NCBI GenBank assembly: GCA_944327845.1
Contig: CALVHN010000004.1
Span: 22,836 to 86,835, forward strand
DNA length: 64,000 nt
From: an uncultured Bacilli bacterium
GTDB lineage: Bacteria; Bacillota_I; Bacilli_A; RFN20; CAG-826
Reading direction: 5' to 3'
The position numbers and the translations under genes are program-made. The notes under the pieces were generated by a model. That model had not been told where the DNA came from. It saw nothing but the letters and a program-made list of their open reading frames with translations, and made no database searches. Every line of letters begins with the position of its first letter. The stretch's first letter is position 1. Shown here in pieces: positions 38,147-49,700 of the stretch.

Positions 38147-39508
38147 ATGAAAATAAGAAAATTATTCGTTATCCCGATATCTATTTCTTTATTATTATTA
38201 ACTTCATGTAATCAAGAACCAGAAAAAACTTATTCTTATCAATTAATGTTAAAAGCATCATCAACTTATTTAGATGATACAAGGTATTCTGATATTAATT
38301 ATAGTTTTTTAATTGATAAAGGAACTATTATTCAAGAGGGCTATCATGATTTAAAAGCAATTTTATGTGAAACTTCTACTTTTTTAAAACCTGTTGCGAT
38401 TGAATATATTACTGTTGATGGGAAAATTACTAAAAATAAAGAATTAAGCTATGAAGAGACAATTGAAAAATTAAATCCTGTTATTGAATTTTCTGATTAA
38501 TTTTTTGGAGCGAAAAATTTTGATATTAATCTTTATTCAACTCCTCAACAAAGAACACTAAAGGTCACTTCTAATGAAGCAAACGTGAAAGAATCAGAAT
38601 TATATAATATACAAATTTCAATTAATGATGATATTCCTCCTGAATTTGATAATAATGAATATTCTTTTGAAAGTGAAGTTGGTTATGATGGTTGGTGGGA
38701 TTTTTCATCATCTGCTCAAGACGCTAAAAAAGAAATAAGAGAATATATTTTAAGTAAAGTAAATGACAATAACTTAGAAAGCGAAATAACTTTACATTAT
38801 TTTATGGATGAAAATTGTAATCAAGAATCAAGCTTTGATGAAATGATTAAAAGTGTAAGAGCTAATCCTAATTTAATTAAAAATAATAAGATACAACCAA
38901 TTACAATTTATATAAAAGCAGAAGATAACAACAACAATTTTTCAGATGTTATTAAATTTAATCTAACATTAAGAGATAATGTTGCACCTTATTTATGTGA
39001 TGAGAATTTTGAGGAAATAAAAGATCCGACACTTGGATTTAACGAAGAAAGACAATATTATCCTGATATTTATGATGATTTAGAAAAAGCTTTTAGATCA
39101 TATAATTATAAAGCTTATGATGAAGTTGAAGGTGAAATTAAACTTATTGAAGGAAACTATTCATTACATATAAGTACTAATGGAACAATATTAAATATTT
39201 ATTCAAAAAATCGTGGTACTTCGGCTAGTATTAGTGATCGTATCTCTAAAATGGTAGGAGATAAGGATGCAAGTTTTGTTTATTATCCTGAAGGATCAAG
39301 TGTATCCAAAAATCCTGAAAGAGGAATTAAATATCTTTTTATTAATACAAATGAAATTTCTTTAACTACACCTAATATTGAAGATGTATCAGAATGGAAA
39401 GGTACTGATGGAAAAGGAAATGTCATACTTCCAACAGAGATAATCTTATATGGCCATACATATAAAGTAACAAAAGTTTCAAGTTTATTAGAAAGCTATA
39501 TAAATTAA
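38147..39508 (+). pseudogene. lipoprotein gene interrupted by one in-frame TAA
   Basis: ORFs 38147-38500 (lipobox LTS-C) and 38585-39508 share a frame; only TAA 38498-38500 separates them. Confidence 0.75.
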
Positions 39509-39521
39509 AAAATAATTAAGA

Positions 39522-39535
39522 TTAGCAAGGCTTTT
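39522..39535 (+). repeat. dispersed motif TTWGCAAGGHTTTT
   Basis: TTAGCAAGGCTTTT, 13 nt after the stop at 39508. Confidence 0.5.
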
Positions 39536-39565
39536 AATTATAAAATAGACAAATTTTTTAAGTTT

Positions 39566-39612
39566 AAAACAAGCGTTTTGTTGTAAAAACGCTTGTTTTT
39601 TTTTTTTTTTTT
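39566..39612 (+). terminator. intrinsic terminator with T17 tail
   Basis: 14-bp stem AAAACAAGCGTTTT/AAAACGCTTGTTTT running into 17 T (39596-39612). Confidence 0.75.
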
Positions 39613-39736
39613 CACTAAACTTAATACTTAGAAGTAAGAATTGCTTATGAATTGCCAAATTATGTTATTTGAAATAAGTCTATTAATTCGTCGATAAGAA
39701 TAATTTTCATTTATTTCATATATTTTTTAGCGAGTT

Positions 39737-39750
39737 AGTAAGCGCTTACA
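39737..39750. promoter_or_regulatory. LacI-family / cre-like operator
   Basis: Perfect 12-bp palindrome GTAAGCGCTTAC (TGTAAGCGCTTACT on the minus strand), upstream of the glycosidase operon. Confidence 0.75.
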
Positions 39751-39780
39751 TCTTACATATTATTTAGAGGAGAAAGAAAT

Positions 39781-40089
39781 ATGAAAAAACATATTGTTCG
39801 ATTTTTAGTGGCCTCAATGATGTTTAACTTTGGTTTTGTTGGAATGGTTGGATATGAATAACGCCACTCAAGAAGTAAAGCCAAAAGAAGCTACTTTAGA
39901 ATCAATTAGTGTTATAACAACTCCTACAAAAGTTACCTATAAAAAGGTGAATCTTTTAAAAGAGGTGGAATGGTTGTAAATGAAGAGCGGAATGTTAGTC
40001 AAATAGTTGATAAAAGTGAATATAGAAACTATATGGGTAATCTAAGCTCTATTAATTTAGATAATATTAACGTTGAATTTGGGGAATAA
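39781..40089 (+). pseudogene. remnant of a secreted Ig-like (Big_3-type) protein gene
   Basis: SD GAGGAG; signal peptide MKKHIVRF...; frameshift; TLESISVITTPTKVTYK; frameshift; GESFKRGGMVVN... ending 2 nt before the GH3 ATG. Apparent large internal deletion. Confidence 0.7.
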
Positions 40090-40091
40090 TT

Positions 40092-43088
40092 ATGAAATTA
40101 AAAGTAAATAAATTAACAATTGGTAGAATCGCTCAACTTATCGGAGCAACAGTAATTACTGGGGCTGCTATTGCTGGAACTTGTGTTGCCGCTTTTTTCG
40201 CTCCATATATTACAACCTTTTTAAGCGGAACAGGTGCTGGCAACTTTGAAAGCGACGAGTATAAACAAGCTGCTGCATTATCCGATGAACTTTGTCAAAA
40301 AGTTGAGGAAGAAGGCGTAGTTTTACTTAAAAACAAAAATAATGCTTTACCTCTTGATACTGATAAAGTAAATCTTTTTGGATGGAGAAGCACAGATCAA
40401 GGTTTCCATCTTTCAGGTATTGGAAGTGGAGCATCAACAATTAATGAAAATAAGAAAGTAACATTACTTGATGCTTTTGAAAAAGAAGATATTCAATATA
40501 ATCAAGAATTAATCGATTTTTATAATGATTATGATGACTTTGAAGGTGGTTATGGCACTGGAACAAGTAACAGAATGCCTTTTAGAGAACCTTCACTTAA
40601 TGAATATAGTGATGACTTGATTAATAACGCTATTGAATTTTCAGATGTAGCTATTGTTACTATTTCTCGTGTTAGTGGAGAAAACGTTGGAGAAATTCCA
40701 ATGACTCAAGATAAGATTCATCAAAACGATGATTCTTCAAGACATTATCTTGAATTAACCACTGAAGAAGAAGATTTACTTAAAATGTGTAGAGAAAACT
40801 TCTCTAAAGTCATTGTTCTTTTAAATACTTCTAATCAGATGGAATTAGGTTTCTTAGAAGATTTAGACATTGATGCTGCTTTACTTGTTGGTTTAACTGG
40901 CCAATCTGGTGCTTTAGCTATTCCTCGTATTTTAAAAGGAGATATTAATCCATCTGGTAGAACTGCTGATATTTTCCCATACGATTTAACAAATGATCCT
41001 ACATTTAATAACTATGCTAGAAGTTGGGATAATGTTACTTATGCAGAAGATATTTATTATGGATATAAATACTATGAAACTGCAGATAATATCGGTAATT
41101 TTAGTTCTGTTAATAATGAATATGGTGAAGGATATAATGGAGTTATTCAATATCCATTTGGATATGGTTTAAGCTATTCAGAATTTGAATGGGGTATTGA
41201 AAAAATTGATGTTAATGGCACTGAATACTCTAAGGATGAAGATATTCCTTTAACTAAAGATAGCGAAGTTACTATTACATTAAGATGTACTAATATAGGT
41301 TCAGTTGCTGGGAAAGATGTTATGCAACTTTATGTAAGCGCTCCTTATACTCAAGGTGAAATTGAAAAACCTTCTATTAAATTAATAGATTTTGAAAAGA
41401 CTACTGATATAAATGGTGGCTTGACACAAAGTGAAATTAATTTATCATTTAACGCTTATGATTTAGCTTCTTATGATTGCTATGATGCTAATGATAATGG
41501 CAGTGCAACTTGGGAATTAGATGCTGGTGAATATGAAATTAAATTCATGGAAAATTCTCATTTTAGTAAAGCAATGGTTGAGGGAGATCCAACTTCTTTA
41601 ACTTTTGTTGTAGGAAATGGAACAACTGCAAATGCTCAAGATATTATTTTTGATAAAGATTCTGTTAGCGGACATACTGTTGAAAATGTTTTTACTGGAG
41701 ATACAGCTATAGCTGAAGTTCCAATAGATGGAAGTACAGTTTTTGAAAATGGCGTTGATTATTTTTCAAGATCAGATAATTTTTCAAAAATTCCTGAAAA
41801 TCAAGGCTCACCAGATGTTTCAAGCGAAGTATCAAAAGCAAATAATTATGAAAATACAGGATTTAATCAAGACACAATGCCTACATTAAATCAAAATCAC
41901 GGTCATTACTTAAATACTTATTCTGATGGAAGCCAACCAAGCTTAACAGATTTAAGAAATAACATTCGTGACGAAAACAATCCAAATAGACTTGTATATA
42001 ATGAAGAATTAATTTACACAATTGGTGAAAATTATAATTCTGACGAACTTAATGAAATTGTAGATCAATTAAGCGCGGATGAAGCTTGTCAAATTGTTGA
42101 AGATTCTGGATTTGGTACGCCTGCAATCGAATCGATTGGAAAAACTAGAAGTTATGATTTTGATGGTCCTGCTGGATTTAACACTAACACTCAAACCGGT
42201 ATTACTTCTGGAGAATGGACAGCTTATCCAAATCAAACATTAATTGGACAAACATTCTCAAAACGTATTGCTAAAGAAATCGGTTTATCAATGGGTGCAG
42301 AAGGTAGACTTACTGGTTTACAAGGTTGGTATGCTCCTGTTGTTAATTTACATCGTTCTCCATTTAATGGTAGAAACTATGAAATGTATTCTGAAGATCC
42401 AGTTTTATCAGGCTTATTAGCTGCAGAAACTATTGATGGAGCTAAAGCTAATGGAGTTTATTGTTATGTCAAACACTTTGGTCCAACTGAACCTGGTCAA
42501 AACTCAAGAAATTTAAATACTTGGTTAACTGAACAAAACTTAAGAGAAAATTACTTTAAAGCTTTTGAAATTGCTATTAAAGAAGGTGAAGCTGTTGCTG
42601 TTATGTCTTCATTTAGTTCAATTGGTGGTGTTTGGAGTGGTGCTAATAATGGCGCTAATATCACAATTTTAAGAGATGAATGGGGCTTTAAAGGTTCTGT
42701 TCTTACTGACTGGAGTGATGGTGGTGGAAATATGAATCCTCATGATGGTGTAAGAGGTGGAAATGATATTTGGTTAAATCCAAATGTTGGTAATAACGCT
42801 AATAAATTAAATAGAAGTAATGCTACTGATGTATATTGTGCAAAAATGGCAGCTAAGAATGTAATTTATACTTACTGCAATACAAAATATTATTCAGAAG
42901 TAGCTTATGATCATGATCAAGACGATGTTTCTTATCCAATTGGCGAATATAATATTACTCCTCCATTCCCATGGTGGATTCCATTACTTGCTGCACTTGA
43001 CGTTGTTTTAATTGGTGGTTCACTTACTTGGGCAGGATTTACTTTATTCTATCCAGGAAAGAAAAAACCTGAAGGCACAGATTTATAG
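40092..43088 (+). CDS. membrane-anchored GH3 beta-glucosidase (order GH3_C - Fn3 - GH3_N)
   Basis: EGVVLLKN, NPSGRTAD, YPFGYGLSY, then DGPAG, HRSPFNGRNYE, KHF and nucleophile VLTDW. N- and C-terminal TM helices. Confidence 0.93.
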   Translation: MKLKVNKLTIGRIAQLIGATVITGAAIAGTCVAAFFAPYITTFLSGTGAGNFESDEYKQAAALSDELCQKVEEEGVVLLKNKNNALPLDTDKVNLFGWRSTDQGFHLSGIGSGASTINENKKVTLLDAFEKEDIQYNQELIDFYNDYDDFEGGYGTGTSNRMPFREPSLNEYSDDLINNAIEFSDVAIVTISRVSGENVGEIPMTQDKIHQNDDSSRHYLELTTEEEDLLKMCRENFSKVIVLLNTSNQMELGFLEDLDIDAALLVGLTGQSGALAIPRILKGDINPSGRTADIFPYDLTNDPTFNNYARSWDNVTYAEDIYYGYKYYETADNIGNFSSVNNEYGEGYNGVIQYPFGYGLSYSEFEWGIEKIDVNGTEYSKDEDIPLTKDSEVTITLRCTNIGSVAGKDVMQLYVSAPYTQGEIEKPSIKLIDFEKTTDINGGLTQSEINLSFNAYDLASYDCYDANDNGSATWELDAGEYEIKFMENSHFSKAMVEGDPTSLTFVVGNGTTANAQDIIFDKDSVSGHTVENVFTGDTAIAEVPIDGSTVFENGVDYFSRSDNFSKIPENQGSPDVSSEVSKANNYENTGFNQDTMPTLNQNHGHYLNTYSDGSQPSLTDLRNNIRDENNPNRLVYNEELIYTIGENYNSDELNEIVDQLSADEACQIVEDSGFGTPAIESIGKTRSYDFDGPAGFNTNTQTGITSGEWTAYPNQTLIGQTFSKRIAKEIGLSMGAEGRLTGLQGWYAPVVNLHRSPFNGRNYEMYSEDPVLSGLLAAETIDGAKANGVYCYVKHFGPTEPGQNSRNLNTWLTEQNLRENYFKAFEIAIKEGEAVAVMSSFSSIGGVWSGANNGANITILRDEWGFKGSVLTDWSDGGGNMNPHDGVRGGNDIWLNPNVGNNANKLNRSNATDVYCAKMAAKNVIYTYCNTKYYSEVAYDHDQDDVSYPIGEYNITPPFPWWIPLLAALDVVLIGGSLTWAGFTLFYPGKKKPEGTDL

Positions 43089-43091
43089 TTT

Positions 43092-44447
43092 ATGAAACAT
43101 CCATTCATTAAAAAAATAATTATCTCTTTATCTATTTTAATGATCGGTTCATTATCTCTTGTTTCTTGTAATCCTAATGAAGAGGAAGGTAAAACTCCCT
43201 CTTCATATGATAAATTTTTTACTTATTCTGGGAAATTTGATGAAAAAGATTATTTAAAAGTCTTTGATGATAAAGTTAAAAAAGTTGGAAACGATAATAA
43301 TGGCGGAGAGGAAGTTATATTAAGGGGATTTAATGCCGGAGGATATCTTATTATTGAACATTGGATGTCTGCTTTTCAACCTTTTAGTCCAAATCCTGAT
43401 GAAAATGGAGATCGATTTGATCATGAAACTGTGACAAATATCTTTACAAGAAGATTTGGAAAAGAAAGAACCGTTGAACTATGGAGCCATTATCGCGACT
43501 CTTTTTGGACTAATAATGATTATTTAAATGCTAAGGAAATGGGTGTTAATTCTATTAGATTACCTTTTTCTTATATGAGTATTGATCCTGAATACAATAA
43601 TGTTTATGAGATTGAAGGAGAAAAATATAATTTCGAAGTCCTTGATAATTTCATCAAAAACTGTGCAGATCAAGGGATTTATGTAATTTTAGATCTTCAT
43701 GGGGCTTATGGTTCTCAAAATGGTCAAGACCATTCTGGAACTGAACTTGGAAGTGCAAGCGAGGTTGATTTTTATACGAACGAAGAGAAGCAGCAAAAAA
43801 CCATTGATTTATGGGTTGAAATAACTAAAAGATATAAAGATAATCCAGCGATTGCTTGCTTCGATTTATTAAATGAACCAGGAGAGAAAGCTAATCAAAC
43901 AGGAGAATTGCATTGGGAATTTTATGATAAATTAACTAAAGCAATTAGAGAAGTCGATACTGACCGTATATTAATGTATGAATCTTGTTGGGATGGAAAA
44001 AATCTTCCAGATCCTAGCTTATATAACTGGGATAACTGCATATATTCATATCATAACTATACAAATACAGAAGATATCAATAGCCATTTAAATAGTTTCA
44101 GAAATAAGTTAAATGGAATTGACTATGAAACTTTTGATGGTCCATATAATATGGGTGAATTTACTTGTTATGGGAATAAAGATAGCTGGAACCAGACATT
44201 AGATTTTTTAAATGATAATGGTTGGTCATGGCATACATGGACTTATAAATTAAATATTAAACCAAATGGATATAACTATCCTGGATGGGGGATTTATTAC
44301 ACACATGCAAATCCAGTCGATCCTTTAACTGATAGTTATGATGAAATTTGGAATAAGTTTGATGAAGTTAATACTTTAAAAGGCGAAGATATGAGATTTA
44401 ATGACGGAACACCATTAAGATCAATCATTCGAAATCACATTAATTAG
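43092..44447 (+). CDS. GH5 glycoside hydrolase lipoprotein (exo-beta-1,3-glucanase-like)
   Basis: Lipobox LVS-C; LRGFNAGG.L..E.WM, NSIRLPF, DLHGAYGSQNGQDHSG, acid/base LLNEP, HNY and nucleophile MGEF. Confidence 0.92.
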   Translation: MKHPFIKKIIISLSILMIGSLSLVSCNPNEEEGKTPSSYDKFFTYSGKFDEKDYLKVFDDKVKKVGNDNNGGEEVILRGFNAGGYLIIEHWMSAFQPFSPNPDENGDRFDHETVTNIFTRRFGKERTVELWSHYRDSFWTNNDYLNAKEMGVNSIRLPFSYMSIDPEYNNVYEIEGEKYNFEVLDNFIKNCADQGIYVILDLHGAYGSQNGQDHSGTELGSASEVDFYTNEEKQQKTIDLWVEITKRYKDNPAIACFDLLNEPGEKANQTGELHWEFYDKLTKAIREVDTDRILMYESCWDGKNLPDPSLYNWDNCIYSYHNYTNTEDINSHLNSFRNKLNGIDYETFDGPYNMGEFTCYGNKDSWNQTLDFLNDNGWSWHTWTYKLNIKPNGYNYPGWGIYYTHANPVDPLTDSYDEIWNKFDEVNTLKGEDMRFNDGTPLRSIIRNHIN

Positions 44448-44503
44448 ATATAAAATTCGTAAAGAATTTATATAAAGAATTTGAATAATAGGAGGAAAAA
44501 AAT

Positions 44504-46669
44504 ATGAAATTATTCAAAAAAACAAAATTATTTGTTTCATTATTAAGCTTACCTATTTTAGCAAGCGTATCATATGGCTTAGTTAGCTGTGGAGAAAGTG
44601 TTGTTAATCATTCAATAACTTGGGAATATGATAAAGATAAGGTAAGTGTAACTGTAAGTGAAGGAGAACTTCCAACAACATTTGCTGAAGGAGAAGAACT
44701 TACATTTACTGTTAAGCCAAATAAAGGCTATGAAATTTTAAGAGTTTCAAAAAATGGCACAAGAATTTCAGGTAGAAATGGAACTTATACAACTGTAATT
44801 GAAGAAGATAGTACTATTTCTATTACACTTGAAGAAGTTATTAGCGGACTTACCATTACTAAGAATCCTGATAAACTTGATTATTTAGATGGTGAAGAAG
44901 TTGATGTCACTGGAATGGAAGTTACAGTAAATTATGAAACTGGAAGAAGTGAAGAAATTGAATATGGTGGAAGTAATGGATATTCTGTTTCTCCTTCTAC
45001 TTTAAGTGGTGGTGATACTTCTTTTAGAGTTGTCTATGAAGATGTATCTACTACTGTTATGCTTGATGATGTTGTTCAATTTAGGGTTAGTGTTGGATTT
45101 AGTGGAGCAACTGTTGCTGAAGAATATAAAACATATCTTGAAGGGTTAGATCTTGATAATTTCACATATGCTGACACAGTTGGCTTTACTTTTACTTATT
45201 ATAATAACTTACCTGAAGAAGGTGTTTTATTACCTACAAAAGAACAAATGACTAGAGAAAATAGTAATTTTATTAATTGGAGTGGTGCAACTGACGGAAA
45301 AATTACTAATGATTCTGGTAGTGTAGAAATAACTGCAAATTGGGAATATAACCTTGTTATTCCTGAATCAATCAATTTTGAAGTTGTTGAAGGTGTTCCT
45401 TATCTTGTATTTAATGGCCAATTTGGAATCGATGATGTTTCACTTTCCTTGTATCTTTATGAAGGCAATGATAAAGTAGAACTTCGTACTGAACAAATAG
45501 TTTCTGGAAAAGCAGGAGATGATTTTACTTATCGATTTGATTTAAGAGAACTTTCTGGTCATAATGAAGGCGCATATAAGGGTAAATGGATGGACATTAA
45601 ATTCTTAGCTGAAATTGGTGATAGAGAAGAAGTTCAAGATATCAGAGTAGATGAAATTGAAGTTGATTTAAATAACAAGATTAGAGCTGGCGGATATACT
45701 TATCGTTTTGAAACCTATACAGCTGGCGGAGTTACATCATTAAAAGTAGTTTTTGAAGAAAACCACTATACTTATAATATTAGTTTCAGCACTGAAGAAA
45801 ACATTACATATTTAGATATTAATGGTGCTGTTTCTCGTGAAGAATATTATGGAAAATATCTTGAAATTTCTTGGTATCAAAATGGTAATGGTGAATTTAA
45901 TCAAGCTGGTTCTTTAATTAATGTAACTGATGGAACCTTTAATGTTAGCGTTGATTTAAGTAAATTTAATTTTGGCAATATGGCTTATGCTCATGTCACT
46001 ATTAGAGAAAGTGAAGATAGTACTAGTGCAATCTTATTTGGTGGAACAAATATAAATCTTGCAACCGGAGATTGTTTAACAGCATTTAATCCATTTGATG
46101 AAAGAGTCGGTGAAATTTCTAGCGGTATTACAACTAATAAAGAAGGCATTCATTATTTTGTTGGAAGCTCAAATGGTTTAGCTTTATATGTTAAAGATGA
46201 AAGAATCAAAGTTTCTTCAATTACCCTTAGTCAAAATGAAGGAGTAGTTTACTATAATTTAACTCTTTCTTATCTTTTCTATGAAGAAAGTTACATGGTT
46301 AATCCTTGGTTAGATTTCCAAACTGTTAATGGAAATTGGGCAAGACATTTATTAGGGAGACCAGGAGATGAAAATTCTACAATTATTGTTGATTCAAAAG
46401 CTGATGAAAATTTAGTTACATTTAGTATCCCAGTAAGCAATAATTCTTCTATTTTAAATGCTGTTGGTGATGCTGGTGCATGTTTTATGGGACATTATTC
46501 ATATAAAGACACTCAACCTGAAGGAGATGGTGATTGGACAAATTCAGAAATAGCTACATTTGATTCTACAAGTATTACAAATAATGGTTATGTATTTAAA
46601 CTTGTTGGTCAGGCTGAAGCTGGTGTTAATTGGGGTAATGCTTTCCTTAATATAACTAAAGCTGCATAA
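44504..46669 (+). CDS. multi-domain Ig-like lipoprotein (candidate glycan-binding protein)
   Basis: Lipobox LVS-C; B-repeat-like LTFTVKPNKGY; Big_3-like PDKLDY.DGE.VDVTGMEV; three similar beta-sandwich starts (GVPYLVFNG, NITYLDING, GVVYYNLTL). Confidence 0.75.
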   Translation: MKLFKKTKLFVSLLSLPILASVSYGLVSCGESVVNHSITWEYDKDKVSVTVSEGELPTTFAEGEELTFTVKPNKGYEILRVSKNGTRISGRNGTYTTVIEEDSTISITLEEVISGLTITKNPDKLDYLDGEEVDVTGMEVTVNYETGRSEEIEYGGSNGYSVSPSTLSGGDTSFRVVYEDVSTTVMLDDVVQFRVSVGFSGATVAEEYKTYLEGLDLDNFTYADTVGFTFTYYNNLPEEGVLLPTKEQMTRENSNFINWSGATDGKITNDSGSVEITANWEYNLVIPESINFEVVEGVPYLVFNGQFGIDDVSLSLYLYEGNDKVELRTEQIVSGKAGDDFTYRFDLRELSGHNEGAYKGKWMDIKFLAEIGDREEVQDIRVDEIEVDLNNKIRAGGYTYRFETYTAGGVTSLKVVFEENHYTYNISFSTEENITYLDINGAVSREEYYGKYLEISWYQNGNGEFNQAGSLINVTDGTFNVSVDLSKFNFGNMAYAHVTIRESEDSTSAILFGGTNINLATGDCLTAFNPFDERVGEISSGITTNKEGIHYFVGSSNGLALYVKDERIKVSSITLSQNEGVVYYNLTLSYLFYEESYMVNPWLDFQTVNGNWARHLLGRPGDENSTIIVDSKADENLVTFSIPVSNNSSILNAVGDAGACFMGHYSYKDTQPEGDGDWTNSEIATFDSTSITNNGYVFKLVGQAEAGVNWGNAFLNITKAA

Positions 46670-46683
46670 TTTAAAAAAATAAA

Positions 46684-46720
46684 AGTTAAGTGATCTTATT
46701 TTGGTTAAGATCACTTAACT
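46684..46720. other. intra-operon stem-loop without a sense-strand U tract
   Basis: Perfect 15-bp stem AGTTAAGTGATCTTA/TAAGATCACTTAACT with a 7-nt loop. Confidence 0.75.
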
Positions 46721-46743
46721 ACAATAAATAACGAGGATAATAT

Positions 46744-49700
46744 ATGACAAAAAAAGGAAAAATAATAAATTTTGCTGCAATAGGAGTTGTAGCTGCAATT
46801 GTTGTTACTCTTAATGTTTTATGTTTATCTACTTTTAGAGATCAAATTCAAACTTTTCTTATAGGTGGAGGAACAGCAAATCAAGAAACTATTACTCAAA
46901 GTAAGGAAGAAGGCGAAGCTCTTGCAGAAGATATTGTTGATGAAGGTTCAGTATTAGTTAAAAATGAAAATAATACTTTACCTTTAAGCAAACAAGCAAA
47001 TAATAAAGTTAATGTATTTGGTTGGGGTTCATCTTATTGGATTACTGGTGGAAGTGGTAGCGGACGTGTCGTTAATACCGCTGGAAACTTAAAAGCTGAA
47101 ACCGATCTTTTAAAAGCCTTAGAAAATGAAAATATTGAATACAATACAGATTTAACAGATTTTTATGTTAATTATGAAGCTAATAGACCACATTATTCAA
47201 CAAGTGAAGGAACATTAAATGCTTATGATTACGAGTATTATCGTATTATTGAGCCTTCAATGGATGAATATGGCGATAATTTATTAGCAGATGCTGAAGA
47301 GTTTTCTGATACTGCAATTGTTGTTATAGGTAGGGCAGCAGGTGAATCTAGTGATGCTCCAAAAGTTCAATATAAAGGAAATAGTACAAATTCAAGAGTT
47401 GATGATTCAACAAGACATTATTTAGAAATTTCGACCGAAGAAGAAGATTTACTTGAATATGTTGGTTCTACTTTTGAAAATGTTGTAGTAGTGATTAATT
47501 CAACAAATACTATGGAACTTGGATTTCTCGATACAATCGAAGGAATTGATTCTTGTTTAATTGTTGGTGCAACTGGTATTAATGCTGCTAGTGGTGTTGT
47601 TAATGTTTTATACGGAGATGCAAATCCTAGTGGAAAATTAACTGATACTTATGCTTATGATATGTCAACTGCTGCAAGTTATATCAATGCAGGTATAGAA
47701 GGAGAAAATTTCTATACAAATGGCAATGGATTATATCCTGCAGATGGAACAACTCAAGGTAATCTTGGACATGATGGAGTAAGATATCCTGGTGTTGCTT
47801 ATGTTGATTATCAAGAAAGTATTTATGTTGGATATAAGTGGTATGAAACTGCTAATACAGAAGGTTTTTGGGATGATGTTGATAACGAATATGGAGTAGG
47901 TTATGAAGGTGTAGTTCAATATCCTTTTGGATATGGGTTATCTTATACCGAAAACTTTTTATGGAATATAACTGATATTTCTCTTCCTTCTGGAAGTAAT
48001 TTAACAAGAGACAGTGAAATAGAAATTGAAGTTACTGTTACTAATGATGGAACAGTTGCAGGTGCTGATGTTGTTGAACTTTATTACACCGCACCTTATT
48101 ATGATGGCGAAATTGAAAAATCTAGCGTTAATCTTATAGATTTTGCAAAAACTCCAGTTCTTCAACCTGATCAATCTGTTGCATTAACTTTGTCAGTAAG
48201 TGCTTATGATATGGCAAGTTATGATTGCTACGATTTAAATGAAAATGATGCAACAACTTATGAATTAGATCAAGGTGAATATCAATTATCATTAAGAACT
48301 GATGCTCATACTATTAAAGAGGAATTAGAAGTTAATGGATTAAGTGCAGAAGAAGAACCAGTTTTAACTTACAATTTAGCTCAAACAGAAATATTTGATA
48401 CTGATCCTTACACAGAAAATAAAGTAACAAATCATTTTACTGGTGAAAATGCAACAGATGGATGTTCAATTGATGGCAATAGTGATACAACTAATGTTGA
48501 ATATTTATCACGTGCTGATTTTGAAAGAACTTTCCCTGATGAACTTAATAGTGCTCGTGCTTTAGATGATTCTCAAAAAGAATATAATTTATATACTTCA
48601 AATCATGCAAATGATTTTATTAATCCTGATGATGAGCCAGTTACATTTAATTCTGATGAAACAGAACATATGCTTTATGATCCTGCTAAAAATTATGAAA
48701 TTACTGAACTTGGCTTGGAACTTGGCAAAAATTATGATGATCCAAGATGGGATGAAGTTCTTGATCAAATGAGTCAAGATGAAATGAGAAATCTTGTTTT
48801 ACATGGATATGTTGGAACAAGACCAGTCGGTAGTGTTGGTAAACCTCAATTTACCGATGTTGATGGTCCTGCACAATTTGGTTCATTTAATCTTCCTAGA
48901 AGGGGAGTTGGCTATCCTAATGCTACAGTTTTAGCTCAAACATGGTCTAAGTCTCTTGCTTATAACTATGGTATTGCAATGGGTGAAATTGCTCGTAACC
49001 TTGGATATGATGGATGGTATGGACCTGGAATGAATTTACATCGTTCTCCTTTTGGTGGAAGAAACTATGAATATTATAGTGAAGATCCAATTTTATCTGG
49101 AATTATGGGTGCTAACTCTGTTAGAGGTGCAAAGAACCGTGGTGTTTATTCTTATTTAAAACATTTAGCTGTTTATGATCAAGAATCATATCGTGATGGT
49201 TTATATACTTGGTTAACAGAACAAGCATTTAGAGAAAACTTCCTTAAACCTTTCCAAATGACCGTTCAAGAAGGTGGAGCATCTGGAATCATGACTTCTT
49301 ATAATAGAGTTGGTGGAGTTTGGGCTGGTGGAAGCTATGCTTTACTTACTGAAGTTGTTAAAGAAGAATGGGGCTTTAAAGGTACAATTCTTACCGACTA
49401 TGCAGATCATCATTCATTTATGAATATGGACCATGCTTTAAGAGCTGGTGGAGATTTATGGATGGATGGTTTTCAAAGTAATGGTCAATTTAGATTTGAA
49501 ACTCAATCTAACACTTTCTGGCAAAATATGAGGAGAGCATCTAAGAATATTCTTTATACCGGAGTTAATGCAATTTATACTGCTGCAAATCCAGTTGGTG
49601 ATAATGAAGAATCATTTATTATTGGTGGTAGATATGTTCCTAATACTTCTTGGATGATTGCTTTCTATGTTTTAGATCCAGTTATCTTCATTGGATTAGG

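Noticed and set aside
38498-38500. Programmed stop read-through or TAA recoding
   Set aside because: TAA is the dominant stop in the window and no recoding signal is visible; a nonsense mutation is simpler.
39781-39861. 26-aa leader peptide or type I toxin
   Set aside because: It continues through frameshifts into a Big_3-like domain, so it is the signal peptide of a decayed gene.
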